In this document: positions 1 to 17,510 of the stretch, piece by piece
Layout: the number at the start of each line of letters is the position of its first letter
Numbering within the stretch: position 1 is the first letter of the stretch
Assembly: GCF_009914755.1 (NCBI RefSeq)
Contig: NC_060933.1
Source: the human T2T-CHM13v2.0 reference genome, Homo sapiens
Reading direction: 5' to 3' (one strand)
DNA length: 64,000 bases
The notes under the pieces: generated by a model
The model's database searches: none
What the model was told of the DNA's origin: nothing
The model's input: the letters and a program-made list of their open reading frames with translations, nothing else
Program-made: the position numbers and the translations under genes

Positions 1-245
1 GAATACCTCGAGTAGTCAAAATCATAGAAACAGAAAGTAGAGCGGCAGTTGCCAGGGGCTGGTGGGGAAGAAGATGAGTTATTTTTTTAATGAGTGTAGA
101 GTTTCAGTTTTGCAAGATGAAAAGAGTTCTGGAGGTTGGTTGTACACCAATGTGAATATACTTAACACTATTGAACTATACACTTTAAAATGGTTGAAAT
201 GATACATTTATGGTATGTGCATTTCAACACAATTTAAAGCAAAAC
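1..245 (+). mobile_element. L1M (L1MB/MC-like) 3' end
   Basis: Typical old L1 3' UTR text (gtagtcaaaatcatagaaacagaaagtaga...gagttctggag...gtgaatatacttaacactattgaact) ending in an A-rich tail. Confidence 0.8.
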
Positions 246-491
246 AAAACAAAATAGGCCACTGGCCAAACTTGGCCCTCAGTCTAGTTTACCAACCTCT
301 AATTGAGAGATTCAGGAGATAATGACTATTGAAAAGCAAAAATAACAATTTCACCCATTCTAACTGCCTGTGAGTGCTTTAAGGGCAGGGCAATACTTGG
401 GCCTCCCTGCATCTCTAGGACTTAGTCTTGTGGGAGGTAAATCATGGGTGCTCAATACGTACTCACAACTTGAACCATGGTTTCTCTATAA

Positions 492-705
492 CACAGGTGT
501 CCAATCTTTTGGCCTCTCTGGGCTACACTGAAAGAAGAAAAATTGTCTTGGGCCACACATAAACACACTAGCACTAACAACAGCTGATGAGCTGAAACAA
601 AAAAACCTCATAACATGTTAAGAAAGCTTATGAATTTGTACTGGGCCGCATTCAAAGCCATCCTGGGCCGCATGTGATCCACAGGCCACGGGTTGGACAA
701 GCTTG
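492..705 (+). mobile_element. MER30 hAT-Charlie DNA transposon
   Basis: Starts caggtgtccaatcttttggc and ends gggttggacaagcttg; internal ctgatgagct and gggccgcattcaaagcc are typical of MER30. Confidence 0.8.
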
Positions 706-2022
706 CTCTACAGCAAACTCCTAGAGAAGGTTGAGCGTGGAGCAAAACAAATGTGAGGATGAGAAGGAAAGGAGTAATAAACATTATTTTCCTCAAAAGA
801 AAACTATGTGCAATAGCACCAAGGCTCTCCCCAAAATAAAGGTTCCAATACCTTAAAAGTATCCTAAGTCCTGGGACCACTTAAGGATCCTCTGAAAAGC
901 CATTGTGTGTCTGTACCCTCCAGGGAACTGCTTTCTTTTCAGTGTTGTTTTTTAAGGTGTACCTAAGACAATGTTACAAAATCTCTTGATTGAGGTTGAA
1001 ACTGTCCTGCTATGCTGTAAATGCAAGATTTCTACCTTTCAAATAAAGAGAACGATGTTGTCTGTGACAGGAAGGTCCACATTATACACATTCTCCTGGG
1101 AGTGGGCTCTCTGAGGTGGGGTGGGTGAGGTGAGACAGGTGGCTCCACTGCTGGGCAGTGACTGTCCTCAGATATGGCATTGACCCCCATCCCTTTATGC
1201 CAGTTCTCCGTGAGGACCACCTAACTACACAGCAGCTTCACCCAACCCATTTCTGTAAAGGGCATCTCCCCCGAAGTCTGGAAATGGTTTTAGTGAGAAC
1301 AGAGGACAACATAAGGTCACCAAATTATCAGGGGGCATCGTAAAGGGATTTCTGGAGCCTTCAGAACCAATGCCCAGTTCATAGCTTTCCTCTCAGAAAG
1401 CCAAACCCTGGGCAGGAAGCTGGGAAACTCTCAAATCCACCTTCAAAGTCGAGACCTGCTCATATTTTATAAGGTTAAATGTTGAAAGTGAAGGTTTGAT
1501 TGTTGGCTCTGTAAAAATGGGAAAGGAAGAAAAGGGACCAAAAAATGTGGCTTTGCAGGGTAAGACTTTCATCTAAAGCAGGTACATTGTATGACTCCCA
1601 GCCGAGAAACAAAGGGAGCCTTGTGTACCTTCCCTCTGCAGGTCGTTGTAATGCTGTGATGAGAGTAAAGGGAGGCAGGGAAATGGTTTTTGTGCTCCGT
1701 GGAAAAGAAAGAGCAATTCATGAGAGCTGCAAACAGGAGGCTTGCTCCCAGGCGCACCGGCAATCCTGGCTTGACCAGTGGTCATGTTTCACAGCTAGGA
1801 AAGGAGGCCTGCCGGAGCTGGGACCTGGGGGAGGGGAGGGTTCTCCCTGCTGCTGATCAGCTATGCACAGGAGGGAGGATGCAGCCTCTCCCCGAAAGCA
1901 TAATCAGAGCAGGAGACCAGGAGGCCCCTGCCCAGGTGGGCCCGGTGCCCTGTGGGGAGGCACAGGTGATTAAAACACCGGCCCCATGGCTTCACTGCCT
2001 GTTCTCTAAGGCAACCCCAGTG

Positions 2023-2330
2023 CAGAGCCCTGTACAATATGGCAACAACAGCCAGCAGCAGCTACTGCAGACTTGAAATGTGGCTGCTCTGAATCGAGAT
2101 GTGTTGAAAGTTTAAAAAACACTATATTTCAAAGACTGAGTACAAAATGTTAAAATGCCTTATAAATAATTTTTGCATTGAATACATGTTGAAATCATAA
2201 CATTTGGGGTATATTAAACGAAAGAAAATAAACAATTTTACCACTGCTTGTTATTTTTTACAAATGTGACTGCTAGAAAATTTTAAATTATATACGTGGC
2301 TCACATTATATTGCCTTTGAACTGTGCTAC
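2023..2330 (+). mobile_element. MER33-like hAT-Charlie element
   Basis: cttgaaatgtggct...gagatgtg...tacatgttgaaat...aatgtgactgctagaaaattttaaattatatacgtggctcacattatatt. Confidence 0.7.
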
Positions 2331-4278
2331 CTTGGAGAACACAGAACAGCTCTAACATTCTCAACTAATTTCCTTTCTGGTGTTTGGACAAATGAGAGAG
2401 TAAGATTGAGGAAATAAGTCCTAGGAATGAATGCACTTACAGCCCCAAAGCCTGTAGCTACTGCTGTAAGGTGGCTAGTTCCTACTCTAGCTTAGGGATG
2501 CTATGGATTCATCTACTCTCTTCTTGGCTGTCGAGACCCTGGGTCTGATTTACATTGCGTTCTCGGCACCTAGCCCAGCACCAAGTGGCCCCTGCATTTG
2601 TCCACAGACTAGATGTGGCTGTATGGGTGAATGACTGTGTTCATTTTGCAGAGATTTGCCTGTAGTTCTCCACCTCTTCCAAACCCAATTCATAAAGAAA
2701 GAAATTTTAAAATGAACAGGCAGTTACAATAGCTTATAATTACTGCACACCAAGTCCTGGGAAATATCTGTGTGGGAAAGACTGAAAACACAGGTAGAAA
2801 TGGGGTGTCACCTCTCAGGAGTGGCTTCATTTTTGAAGTGATGGATTATGGTGAAAAGGGCTCCAATAAGGGATCCAAAGCTCTACATTTTTAGTGCAAT
2901 GTCACCAACACTAGCCACATGACTCCGGGCAAGTGACTTAGAGATGCCACACCTTACTTTCCTTTTCTAACAAAAATGCTAACCTTTGTCCTGATTTCCA
3001 ATTCAGGTAAAGAGAAAATGAGAAAACATATCCCAAAGCACAGGCTGGCATTTGGAATACGAACAAATTAACGTTATTTAGTGTTGAGTCTTATGAATTA
3101 AAAAACAAAAGGTCTCCGTGTTTCCCTCTGAAGTGAGCAATGGTACCCAGGACTGGTCAGAGGGCAGGAGAACCAACCCCAACTCTATCAGTCAGGCAAG
3201 AGCCCTGTGGATGATCTCACAGGGTCCACAGCCTCACCAGCTGCTGGAGGACTGAAGTGGTGGGAAAATTAGAAGTGTGTTCACTTCACAAATGCTGGAG
3301 CTGAAACCGCTCTGGGACCATTGGTGCTACACCCTTCTGTATCAGTAAGAAACACACACGAGAGACAGGGAGGTTAAAAGAACTGTCCTGGGTCACTCCA
3401 CCAGCAGGTGCCCATCTTTATGTAAAATGCAGTCCTCCCAGTGCAGAGCAGAGCTCGTCCCATGGGGCCCCACGGGACCTCCTGCTAGTGAGCTTATGGT
3501 AGTGTGAGGGAGACACAATCCGCAGGTCATACCAAGAGGAGTGTGAGGCCCCTTGAAAGGCAACCATCTATCGGCCACCAAGCTGGTTCATCTGCAGACT
3601 CCAGCAAGGCTCCATCCAACGACAGAGAAGGAAGCTTCACTCACGGCCAAACAATGAGAAGACGGAGTTTGTTGTTGTTTTAAGTATGAAAAAGGCTACT
3701 TTTATTGAGATAAGATTATGTTGAAAATGAAGGACATTGTTAACAGGTTATTTACTTGATTGACGCTAGCTGAGTTCACAGTAAGTGGCTGCACGCTCCT
3801 GAGCACATTATGCTGAATCTGCGTTATCTCATAAATCACCCTAGCTTCACAATAAAAAAGTTAAATTAACTTTATTGACCCCTGCTGGTTTTCAAATCCT
3901 AAATAGGACTTAAAACCTATCTGCAAATTGTCCAGATTTGCTAATTACTGTAGCTGGGAGGAGCTGACTCCCCCAGTGCAGAGGGGAATCCAAAGAGACG
4001 GGTGTATTTAGTGCCAGACAAGGTCAAACTTTCAGGTCACCCAGCAACAACAAAGGGTGTCTCTTTCATCTCCCTGAGCCTGGCACTCTCCAGCTCCCAG
4101 GAGGCCTGCCTCTTGCAAACCCCACCCACTGTCCTAAGGCTGGGAACTACTTAGGTTTTGCCATCTGCCTTACAGCTTTTGTCCGATGTCCCAAGATAAT
4201 TGTTTAAGGGATGGAGAGGGGGTATACAATATGGAGGCAGTTTATGAAAAATCTTCCATTTTCTCAACCCCTGCCCCA

Positions 4279-4279
<1 letters not shown>

Positions 4280-4320
<41 letters not shown>
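4280..4320 (+). repeat. (CA)20 microsatellite
   Basis: Directly visible. Confidence 0.97.
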
Positions 4321-4322
<2 letters not shown>

Positions 4323-5339
4323 CTGCAGAAGAGACAGTAAGGCTTTGACTAATGCTTTGTATCTGATTCGAGAGATGGCACTACTGTTATTCATGATAAA
4401 GCTGTTACCAAGGAGAAACTCTAGCTGGGGAAACCTGGTCCTAAGGGAAGAGCATTCCAGATGGAAACGAGCAATGTCAAGGGCGGAAGACTAAGATCTT
4501 TTCGAAAAACTGGTTTTGAGAACCTAAGAAAACAACAGATTGAACAACGTATAACCCCTACACGAGGCTGCCAAAGAACACTGGAAATGTGCAGTTGATT
4601 ACTGGGGAATCCAAAAGGCTACGGAATCAGTGGTTTCCCTTTAAGATTGAGGGACAATATCCAGACAGAATGCCCTTTTCTTTAATAATCAAAAGAGCTA
4701 AGAAGTGGATGTGGAAATCAGTGTTAAAAGCAGAACTATCACTAAGTTACACGCTTGATAACAAAGCTTGAGCATGAGCCTGTGGGGTTGGGGTGGGCTG
4801 GGAAAGCAGGGAGGTGGAAAGTGATCCAGCCCCAGTGGTGGGAGGCAGGCATGGAGGGACATTTTGGGAAGGAAACCCTGGCACCATGGTGGAGGCAGGA
4901 AAAAACATCTAAAGCCACAGCAAAACCAAGAAAAGGGACTTAAGCTCACAGGATTATTAACCCAGAAGGGACCTGGAAGATCTCATGGTTGTCAACCACT
5001 GGTGTCTGGTAAGCCTGCTGGCCTGGCTGCAGCAGAATCACCAGGGAAATAAAGGAAATTATAGATTTTTCATATTTATAGGATTGAGGGCAGAAGGATT
5101 ATTTTCAACAAGCTCCTAGAGGGTTCACATATGCAAAGCAGCTTGAAAACCACTTATCTGGTCCACCTCCCAGTGCCTGTAATTTACAGATGGTGAGGCT
5201 GAGATTAAGGGACTTGCCCAAGGACACACAACTGGTTGGTAGCAAAGGAAGAACTAGAATCTGAACGTGTCATTTTAACCAGTATTATTTTCTTGGCTCC
5301 ACAATGCCTCTTTAAGTTTCTATTTGGGTACAAGATTGG

Positions 5340-5800
5340 TTAGCTCCAGTTGAATAACAACCCCAAAATGTAGCCACTTAACCACCACATATCTAGCTCA
5401 TAATTATGTGGGTTAGCAACTCAGCTGGGTGTTTTCTCTGGTCTCAACTGGGCTCCCACATATGTGTGGTCAACTACAAGTCAGCCAAGTGACAGCTTCT
5501 GGGTCTGCCTGACTCTCACCGGGGGCAATAGGGAATGACTGGGTCATATGTCTCTCACTCAAAGCAACCTAACTGAGCTTGTTCTGGTGGCATCTGGGCA
5601 GGTTCCAAAATGGCGAGTGCAAGATGCAAGGCCCCTTGTGGCCTAGTTGGAACTGTGTGTAATCAATCTGCCACATCCTATTGGCCAAAGCCATCACAAG
5701 TCCAGCCCAGATTCCAGGGGTTGAGGAGTAAACTTTCCTTTTTGATGGAAAATACTGCAAAGTATGCATGGAGGGAGGGAAATAATTTGAGCTATTTTTG
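5340..5800 (-). mobile_element. MLT1-type MaLR LTR
   Basis: MLT1 reverse-orientation motifs (aacaaccccaaaat, ctattggccaaagc..cacaag..cagcccagattc..ggg, tcttttgatgg-like). Confidence 0.6.
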
Positions 5801-6652
5801 CAACGGCGTTGTCTACTTTCCTTAGAGTCCCCCTTGCCATTATACCCCATGCTCCAGCCAAACTACAATCCCTATTTCCTAAACATGGTGCTCGATCCTT
5901 TTAGAAATCTACATTTTGGACTTGCTATTTCCTTGAACTAAAATGCCCTTTTCAGTCCACCATGCCTTTTCATCCCTAAATTGTCCTTTAAAATGTAACT
6001 TATGATTCCAAGTTCTAAAAGGCAAATTGAAGATGCCTTTTCTTCCACCTCATGAAAACTTAGTAAAATGACATAATGGGAAAAGTTTTTATAAAGACGC
6101 ATAAACTCACAAGGGCAAAGAGAAGAGAAGAAAAGATGACAGGTGATAAAATATTTCAACAAAACTTTGGGATGTGCAAAGCAGATATATGATATCCAGC
6201 TTAGCAGACCAAAAAAGGCTGAGCACCTGCAGGTGAGGGGAAGCCAAGCAATAAGGTGAATCTCATCACAGAACCCAGAGGACTCAGAAACTAGGAGTAC
6301 TGGATGCCTAGGAAGGCAGGGGTGGGCGGTGTGAAAACAGGATTTGTTGAATGTATAAGAAGCGGTTGACACCCCTGGATGTGCTCAACCTCCCCACACA
6401 ATCATGTGAATATCTTTCTCCCCCAGAAGCCTGGAGAGATTAACCCTGAGGAACCCTGCAGTTGGAAAGAGCATGCATAGCTCAGGAAAGGGGTGCCGTT
6501 CTGAAAACAGTAGGATAAAGGAGAAGTCTACACACCGGAAGGTGAAACTCCCATCTGCATGCCCAGCTTGGTTCTGGGAAAGCTGACAACTAAACATATA
6601 CCTTCCAAGCAAGAGACTGCAGGGTTCCTCTTTAGGAAAATTAACCAGCCCT

Positions 6653-7020
6653 GCCAGGGGCGGATGCTCATGCCTGTAATCCCAGCACTTTGAGAGGCCG
6701 AGGCGGGTGGATCACCTGAGGCCAGGAGTTCGAAACCAGCCTGGCCAACATGGTGGAACCCCATCTCTACTAAAAATACAAAAATTAGCTGGGCATGGTG
6801 GCACATGCCTGTAGTCCCAGCTACTAGGGGGCTGAGATGGGAAAATCACTTTAACCCAGGAGGCAGAGGCTGCAGTGAGCTGAGATAGCGCCACTGCACT
6901 CCAGCCTGGGCAACAGAGTGAGACTCCATTTCAAAAAAACAAAAGAAAAAGAGAAGAGAAGAGAAAAGAAGAGACAAGACAAGAAAAGAAACAAAAAGAA
7001 AAGAAAAGAAGAAAAGAAAA
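6653..7020 (+). mobile_element. AluS with expanded GA-rich tail
   Basis: Full dimeric Alu; tail expanded into an (AAAGA)n-like repeat; TSD gaaaattaaccagc / gaaaattaagcagc. Confidence 0.93.
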
Positions 7021-8371
7021 TTAAGCAGCTCAAGAGAGAAGACCTGAAAATATTGACATTTTTGGGCTGGATAGTTAAATGCCAGGATAACTGCCTGATT
7101 CCCCCATAGTGTGAATCAGGTGAAAATTATAGTGAAGCCTCCAGTCAACAGGCCTAGCCCTTCCAAACAGAGCTCTCAGGCAGCTTTATACAGGAACAAT
7201 CTGACAAGGTCATGAGACCTTGGAGCACAGCCTCTGCTATAACAACAAAACCAAACACCCCAAAAAAGAAATGGGAAGTAGGGAGTGGAGGTCCAGTAAT
7301 AAGAAAGTAAAGTCCATGTTTTCCATAGAGATAAACCAATACACAATATTTACCTTTGAAAAAAATCAAGAAAGGCATATTATTTAGAAAAATATTGCTA
7401 GCAGAACTAAAACCTAAAAGTGCTGGAAATCATTGTCTCTACAGAGTGGGACTCTAAGGAGGAGAGAACGGAGGTTGACTGCATTACTTTTGCTAGAGTA
7501 ACTGTTTTTAAATAAACAAAATCTACTTAAATGTCCTCTCTTTGTTAAAGACTTTGTCTCACCAGCTAGTCCATGGCTCGCCTGTATGTGTTTTCAGGTA
7601 ATTGTGCTCATAGGACTAGCTCATTGAAACGTGCATAAGTCAATACATTGATGAGAAAACGTTCATGCTATAGCCTTTAACTACACTCGATCTGTATTTT
7701 ATTTTGTTTAATTGTCTGTCTTTCTTGCTAGGCTTTAAGCTCTTTGCAGTCAGCACTAAATCTTAATTTGGTGCTAGACATTCAGAAGATATTTCCTACA
7801 TATGCGTGAGATGGGATAGCGGGGAGTGGAAAGAAAATTACAGCCAATTCAAAAGGCAAAATTTTCTCCCTTTATTTAGTGTGTTTCTATTCTATTTATT
7901 TTAAATTTCTCTGTTCATAATCAGCCTTGTTCCTAAAAAGAGTTTAAGTCACCTTACAGAAGCATATCCAAATTGAAAAGAAATAAGTGAAGAAATTAGG
8001 GTAAATGGAAGCCTGTTTTTTAAAAAAAATCACACCAGCACATTATTCAAAATGAGAAAGAGAGAGAGGGAAGGAAGGAGGGCGGAAAGAGGGAGGAAGG
8101 CTTTGATGTTTTTAATATAGAAATTTTTCATTTTAAAAATAGAATTGAATCTGTAGATTTTTCACTTGTGATTCCTTCTGCCCATCCATTTGTTGCTTTG
8201 GATCTCTGGATAGTTAGATACAAGCATCATTTGCTTTGTTTATAGTGGAGTTAATGCCAATCATATTCAGTTTATCATTTAAATAAACAGCATTCTAAAA
8301 CTAGAGAAACCAGTTCATCCAAAAACCAGTTTAACTTAAGCCAATTCTAAAGCTCCAAGTTAGAAATTATT

Positions 8372-8685
<314 letters not shown>

Positions 8686-8967
8686 TGAAGTCATGAAAAA
8701 ATTTCATAATGTGCATTACTGATGCTGGGGTCAACCATAAAAATACATGCTATAAAGCTGCTAATTGTTCAGTTCATTTAACTTTTTAAAATCCCATTTC
8801 CTTTCCAGATTTTAGGTTCAGAAATTTGAAATGCAAGACTGACCTGTGACTCTTTTAATCATGAATTTCAATTTAATGGAGTCAAACTCATCATATGTAT
8901 TTACATATAAAAACCTAAATGCTTTACAAGCTTGGGAATCAAACTCCAAAATGTTAGAATAAGAATT

Positions 8968-12570
<3,603 letters not shown>

Positions 12571-13545
12571 GAAAAGATTTTGAAGTGTTCTCAGACAGGA
12601 ACTGAGAATAATAATAATGGAGCAATTCCCCTGGATCACATCTTCCCCTCCTTCCTTTTGCATCCTAGTCCTAGAATATTCATGACTATAGTTTTGAAAT
12701 ACAATGAGAACATATAGGTTGAAGGAGAAATCATATCCGAGAGAAGGAGAAAAGACTGAAGGAAATAAATGGAAGGAAGTACTCCAGCCTCGTTCATATG
12801 ACCAGCATCCAATACGATGCATGGCCCACAGCAGACACTCCATGTTTGCTGAATATAAGAAGCTGAACAGCCCTGCTGGGAATGTACAGCCAACATTTGA
12901 TTCAGCGACATCTTATTTTCTTATCTCCTAAGCTTCAATATATTATCAATCTTATCCTCCTCTGGTTGACAATCTTTCTTCAAAATATGCTTACACATTA
13001 AATATGATTATTGGCCAATTTTACTATTCTGGGAGCCATTCTGACAATATAAGTTTATATGTTGATTTCACAGCTTTGTCTTCTGATTTTCTTTTTTGAA
13101 TTTCTAATTTTCGGTGTGCACCTCACTTTTGCTCTCCTATACTGCCCATGTGAGAAAATGGTATCTGTTTCCTCATATTGCTATGAGGAATATATCATGT
13201 AATGTAAACAAAGTACATGACATGTAGTAGGCTTTAAATAAATATTTGTCTAAAAGGATCGTAAATCTGAGGCATGCGTGCTGGAAATTTCTTGTGTCTG
13301 AAATAGGAGATCAATTGCTAAATGATCATGATACTCTTTCTTACTGAGATGAAACACACCCAGATTTCTATTCAGTACAACCACCGCCAATTGAAGAAAA
13401 ATAGAAATTCAAATCTTATTTGCCATCCTCATTCCAAACTATGCAACCCATGGCATGATTCTGGGCTATTGCTGAAGTGAGTGGTCATCCCAGTTCCAAC
13501 TCTGTTTTTAGTGAATATAGTATAATAAGTCTAGTAATCAAGCAT

Positions 13546-13830
13546 TAGAGACACAGGGCCTCACTCTCCCACCCTGGCTGGAGTGCAGAGGCGTAATCAT
13601 GGCTCACTGCAGCCTCAACCTTCCTAGCTCAATCAGTTTTCCTACCTCAGCCTCCTGAGTAGCTGGGACTACAGGTGCACACCACCACACCCAGCTAATT
13701 TTTGTACTTTCTGTAGAGAAGGGGTTTTGTCATGTTGCCCAGGCTGCTCTTGAACTCCTGGACTCAAGTAATCCACCTGCCTCAGTCTCCCAAAGTGCTG
13801 GAATTACAGGCATGAGCTACTGCTCCTGGC
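13546..13830 (-). mobile_element. AluJ
   Basis: Reverse Alu with J-type text (atcatggctcactgcagcctcaacc, ctcctggactcaag). Confidence 0.88.
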
Positions 13831-14641
13831 TGTCATCTTACATTGTACTTATATTTATACCCTTTATATACCATGATAAAAATTCTTCTCAGATTTCTGG
13901 AAGATGAAAGAACTGGCACACTGTTTAAGACAGATAAGTAGGCCTTTTCAAGGGTGACACAGCCTCTTTGTTTTAAGGGACTAGAAGAAATGTAACCAGG
14001 ATACAGCTGGATTCAAGTCCAACCAACCAGTGTGTTTCCCTCGAGTGAATTGGTAAATATCAGTCTCCCAGTCAGCCTTCTTGACAAAGTAGAAAATCTT
14101 TGTGTCAGTCTCTAGGGTGAGGCATGGAGAGTGAATGTATGCTTTAGATAGAAATTGAAATGAAAAAGAATGCAAAGTTGTATTAGACTATGAGTACAAT
14201 TATGTAATGAATGCACATAGCAAAAAAAGACTGGATGGAAATACATTAAAATAAAGATTGTGGTCTCTCTTAGGATGAAGTTATAGATAATCTTTTTCTT
14301 TTTTGATTTTCTATAATTTTTTCACAATAACATTAAAAATAATGAGGTAACTGTTTCACATTCTATACTTTTCTAAATAAAGAGAACACAAGAATAGAGC
14401 AAACAGGGCTCTCTCAATTTGTAAGGGACTGAAGTAGAGAGAACAGGCAAGTAAGCAATGAGCATTTTATTCATTTCCTGATTCTTGACTATGTACAGAA
14501 AGAAAGACAAACTCATCTAAAGGCAGCCACATGTCAAAATAATAAAACAATGAGACTTCCATATTCCCCAGGAAGAGAAGGTCTTGGCTACCTCCAAAAG
14601 AGTTAAAACTAAGCATTGGTTCTCTAACTGTACTATTTTAG

Positions 14642-14642
<1 letters not shown>

Positions 14643-14732
<90 letters not shown>

Positions 14733-14745
14733 ATGTGTATGTGTA
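14643..14745 (+). repeat. Compound (CT)n(GT)n microsatellite
   Basis: Directly visible. Confidence 0.96.
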
Positions 14746-15224
14746 CGTTTTGAACTCAGAGGTAAGTATGAATGATCTGGAATCAGAGTCTGTTCTTTGC
14801 ATAATCTGGTTTTATCCAGAGGTACATGATAAAGTTATCACACCTGTGAAGAACTGAAAGTTTGTGTATCCTCTTCAAATACTCAGATATTGACTGTTTT
14901 GAAAAGACTCATTTTAATCTGGCCAACACTGTAACATGTTACAGAGATCTCAGCTTCCAAAAAAATAGTCATAATAATAATAAGGAAAAACAAAAGACTG
15001 TTGTCCTTTCATTGTAATATGTTGGAAGAGATGTATGCTTTGAAATGAAGCATTTACTAAGAGAACTCTGAACACTGTGTCACTATGAGGAAGCCGTCTT
15101 GTTTATCTACAAGGGCCCTGTGTAGCCAGGTGCATTACTAGCTATTTCCAGAAACTTGGTGTCTGAATTGGAAATAACGTTAGAATTTTTTTTCTCTCAG
15201 AAGCTATAGTTTTCACTCCTCTAA

Positions 15225-15646
<422 letters not shown>

Positions 15647-17460
15647 TGACATTGTATTTTTCATTCATCTTCTTTAGAAGAACTGCCTTAGAAATCTCCC
15701 TCATGTTGATTTTGAATACTTTTCATTTTCTCCGTATCTTCTGAAAATACAGATTTGCATATTAACACAGCATATACCCCCTTTGACTTGCATGCAGTTT
15801 GCCATTTGACACTGCAAAATGGGATTGAATTGATCTTGTCTCTTGATGAGAATTTTACTGACAGATTTCCTGTGAGAGTTCACTGCCCATTCTTTCTGCC
15901 TGGTCCAGCTCACTCGCTTCTTAATCCTTTGCTTTCTTGATTTCCCGGATGTCAAGCCCTTCCTGCTCACAATCACTCCAAAATCAAACTTGCTCTTAAA
16001 TGTTTTGTTCTGATTTCAACTTCCTTGACTATCTGTCACATTTCTTAATGTTAGTCATTCCTTTTACTTCCTTACCTCCTTTAAGAGCCCCTTATCATCT
16101 GCCTGCACTCTAAATATAGAAAAGCTCAAAAGTTGTGCCTTGTCTTTTTTCTTTACATGCCTGCTTCCTTGATAGCCTAAGCTACTATCACCTTCCTCTG
16201 ACTGCCTCCCTTAACTGTATATTTGGTTGCATTGTTTTTCACTCGTGATGATGTACTTCAAATTTAATAAGTGGCTTCACCTCAAAGTGCCTTATTCCAA
16301 AAGGAGATCATTATCTCCTCACCTAAATTAACTCATAATCCTAAATTTCCTATTTTCATTTGTGACAACACAATTTTTTTAGGGATCTAGGCTCAAACGT
16401 AAATGATATTTGGTATCTCGTTCTTTCTGGCCCTGAACATCTAGACAGTTGTGAGGTATTGCTAATTCTATATGGCAGTATTATCTGAATTTTCCCCTTC
16501 TACATTTTCCACACTGGTTTATATTTTCCTTCTATCCCAAGGATCATTACAATGAGCTCCTCTTAGTCTCAGTGTTGCCTGCCACAAGAATCTTCCTTAA
16601 GTTGTGGCTTCATGCCAGTGCCTGCTCACATCATTCATGGGTTTGGGGGTCAACCTGCTCCACTTGCTGCACCTGCACCGGCACACACCACTGTGAGATC
16701 CTGAGTAGAGGCCTGTGCTGCCCACTACTGCCAGTGTTTATTCATGTCACCCAGGGGTCTGGGGATCAACCTGCGCCCTGCCCACCTGTGTGCAACATTT
16801 GGGGGCTGAGGACCTGCTTGCCCCACCATGGCCACCGCTGCCAGTGACTGCGTGTGTCATCTGGGTCAAGAAAGCAAGCTTGCCCTGCCCACTGCCACTG
16901 ACACCTATGCCTGAGTGCACTGTCCAGGGGCCTGGGGATTGATCTTCCCTGCCCACTACAGCTGATGCCTGCACAAACCATCAGGGGAGTCTGAAGACAC
17001 CCTCCCAACACTGCCACCAGCACATATGTGTGTTGTCTGGGGACCTGGAAATGGACCTGCTCCATCCACCACTGCCAGCACCCATGTGCACTATCCAGGG
17101 GCCTGAGAACGGGCTCACTCCACCCACTACAACCAGCACCCAAGTGCACTATCCACTCTCCTAGAGATTGATCCACCCCACCTGCCACCACTGGTGCTCA
17201 TGCATACAATCTGGGGACTTGAAGACAGGCCTACTCTACCCACCATCACCAACAAGGGTACCCGAGGATTAGCTCACCTGGCACCTTTGTCCCTAGCACA
17301 GCCTCACCATAGTATCAATAAATAATTGCAGTCTAGACCACTGAGGAACTCATAGGACCACTGATGCTGATTACAGCCAGAGAAATACAGAGACTGCTGT
17401 GTCCACTCAGAGTCAAAGCCAAAGCACCCAACCAAACCAACACTATATATATATAGTGTT

Positions 17461-17510
<50 letters not shown>

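Noticed and set aside
1545-2076. Cluster of overlapping ORFs in a GC-richer patch
   Set aside because: No homology recognised, no splice or promoter context, CpG-poor; chance ORFs.
16600-17300. GC-rich quasi-periodic repeats (also 37200-37950) that could suggest an array
   Set aside because: Degenerate tandem units of old L1 5' UTRs; no CRISPR-like repeat-spacer structure.
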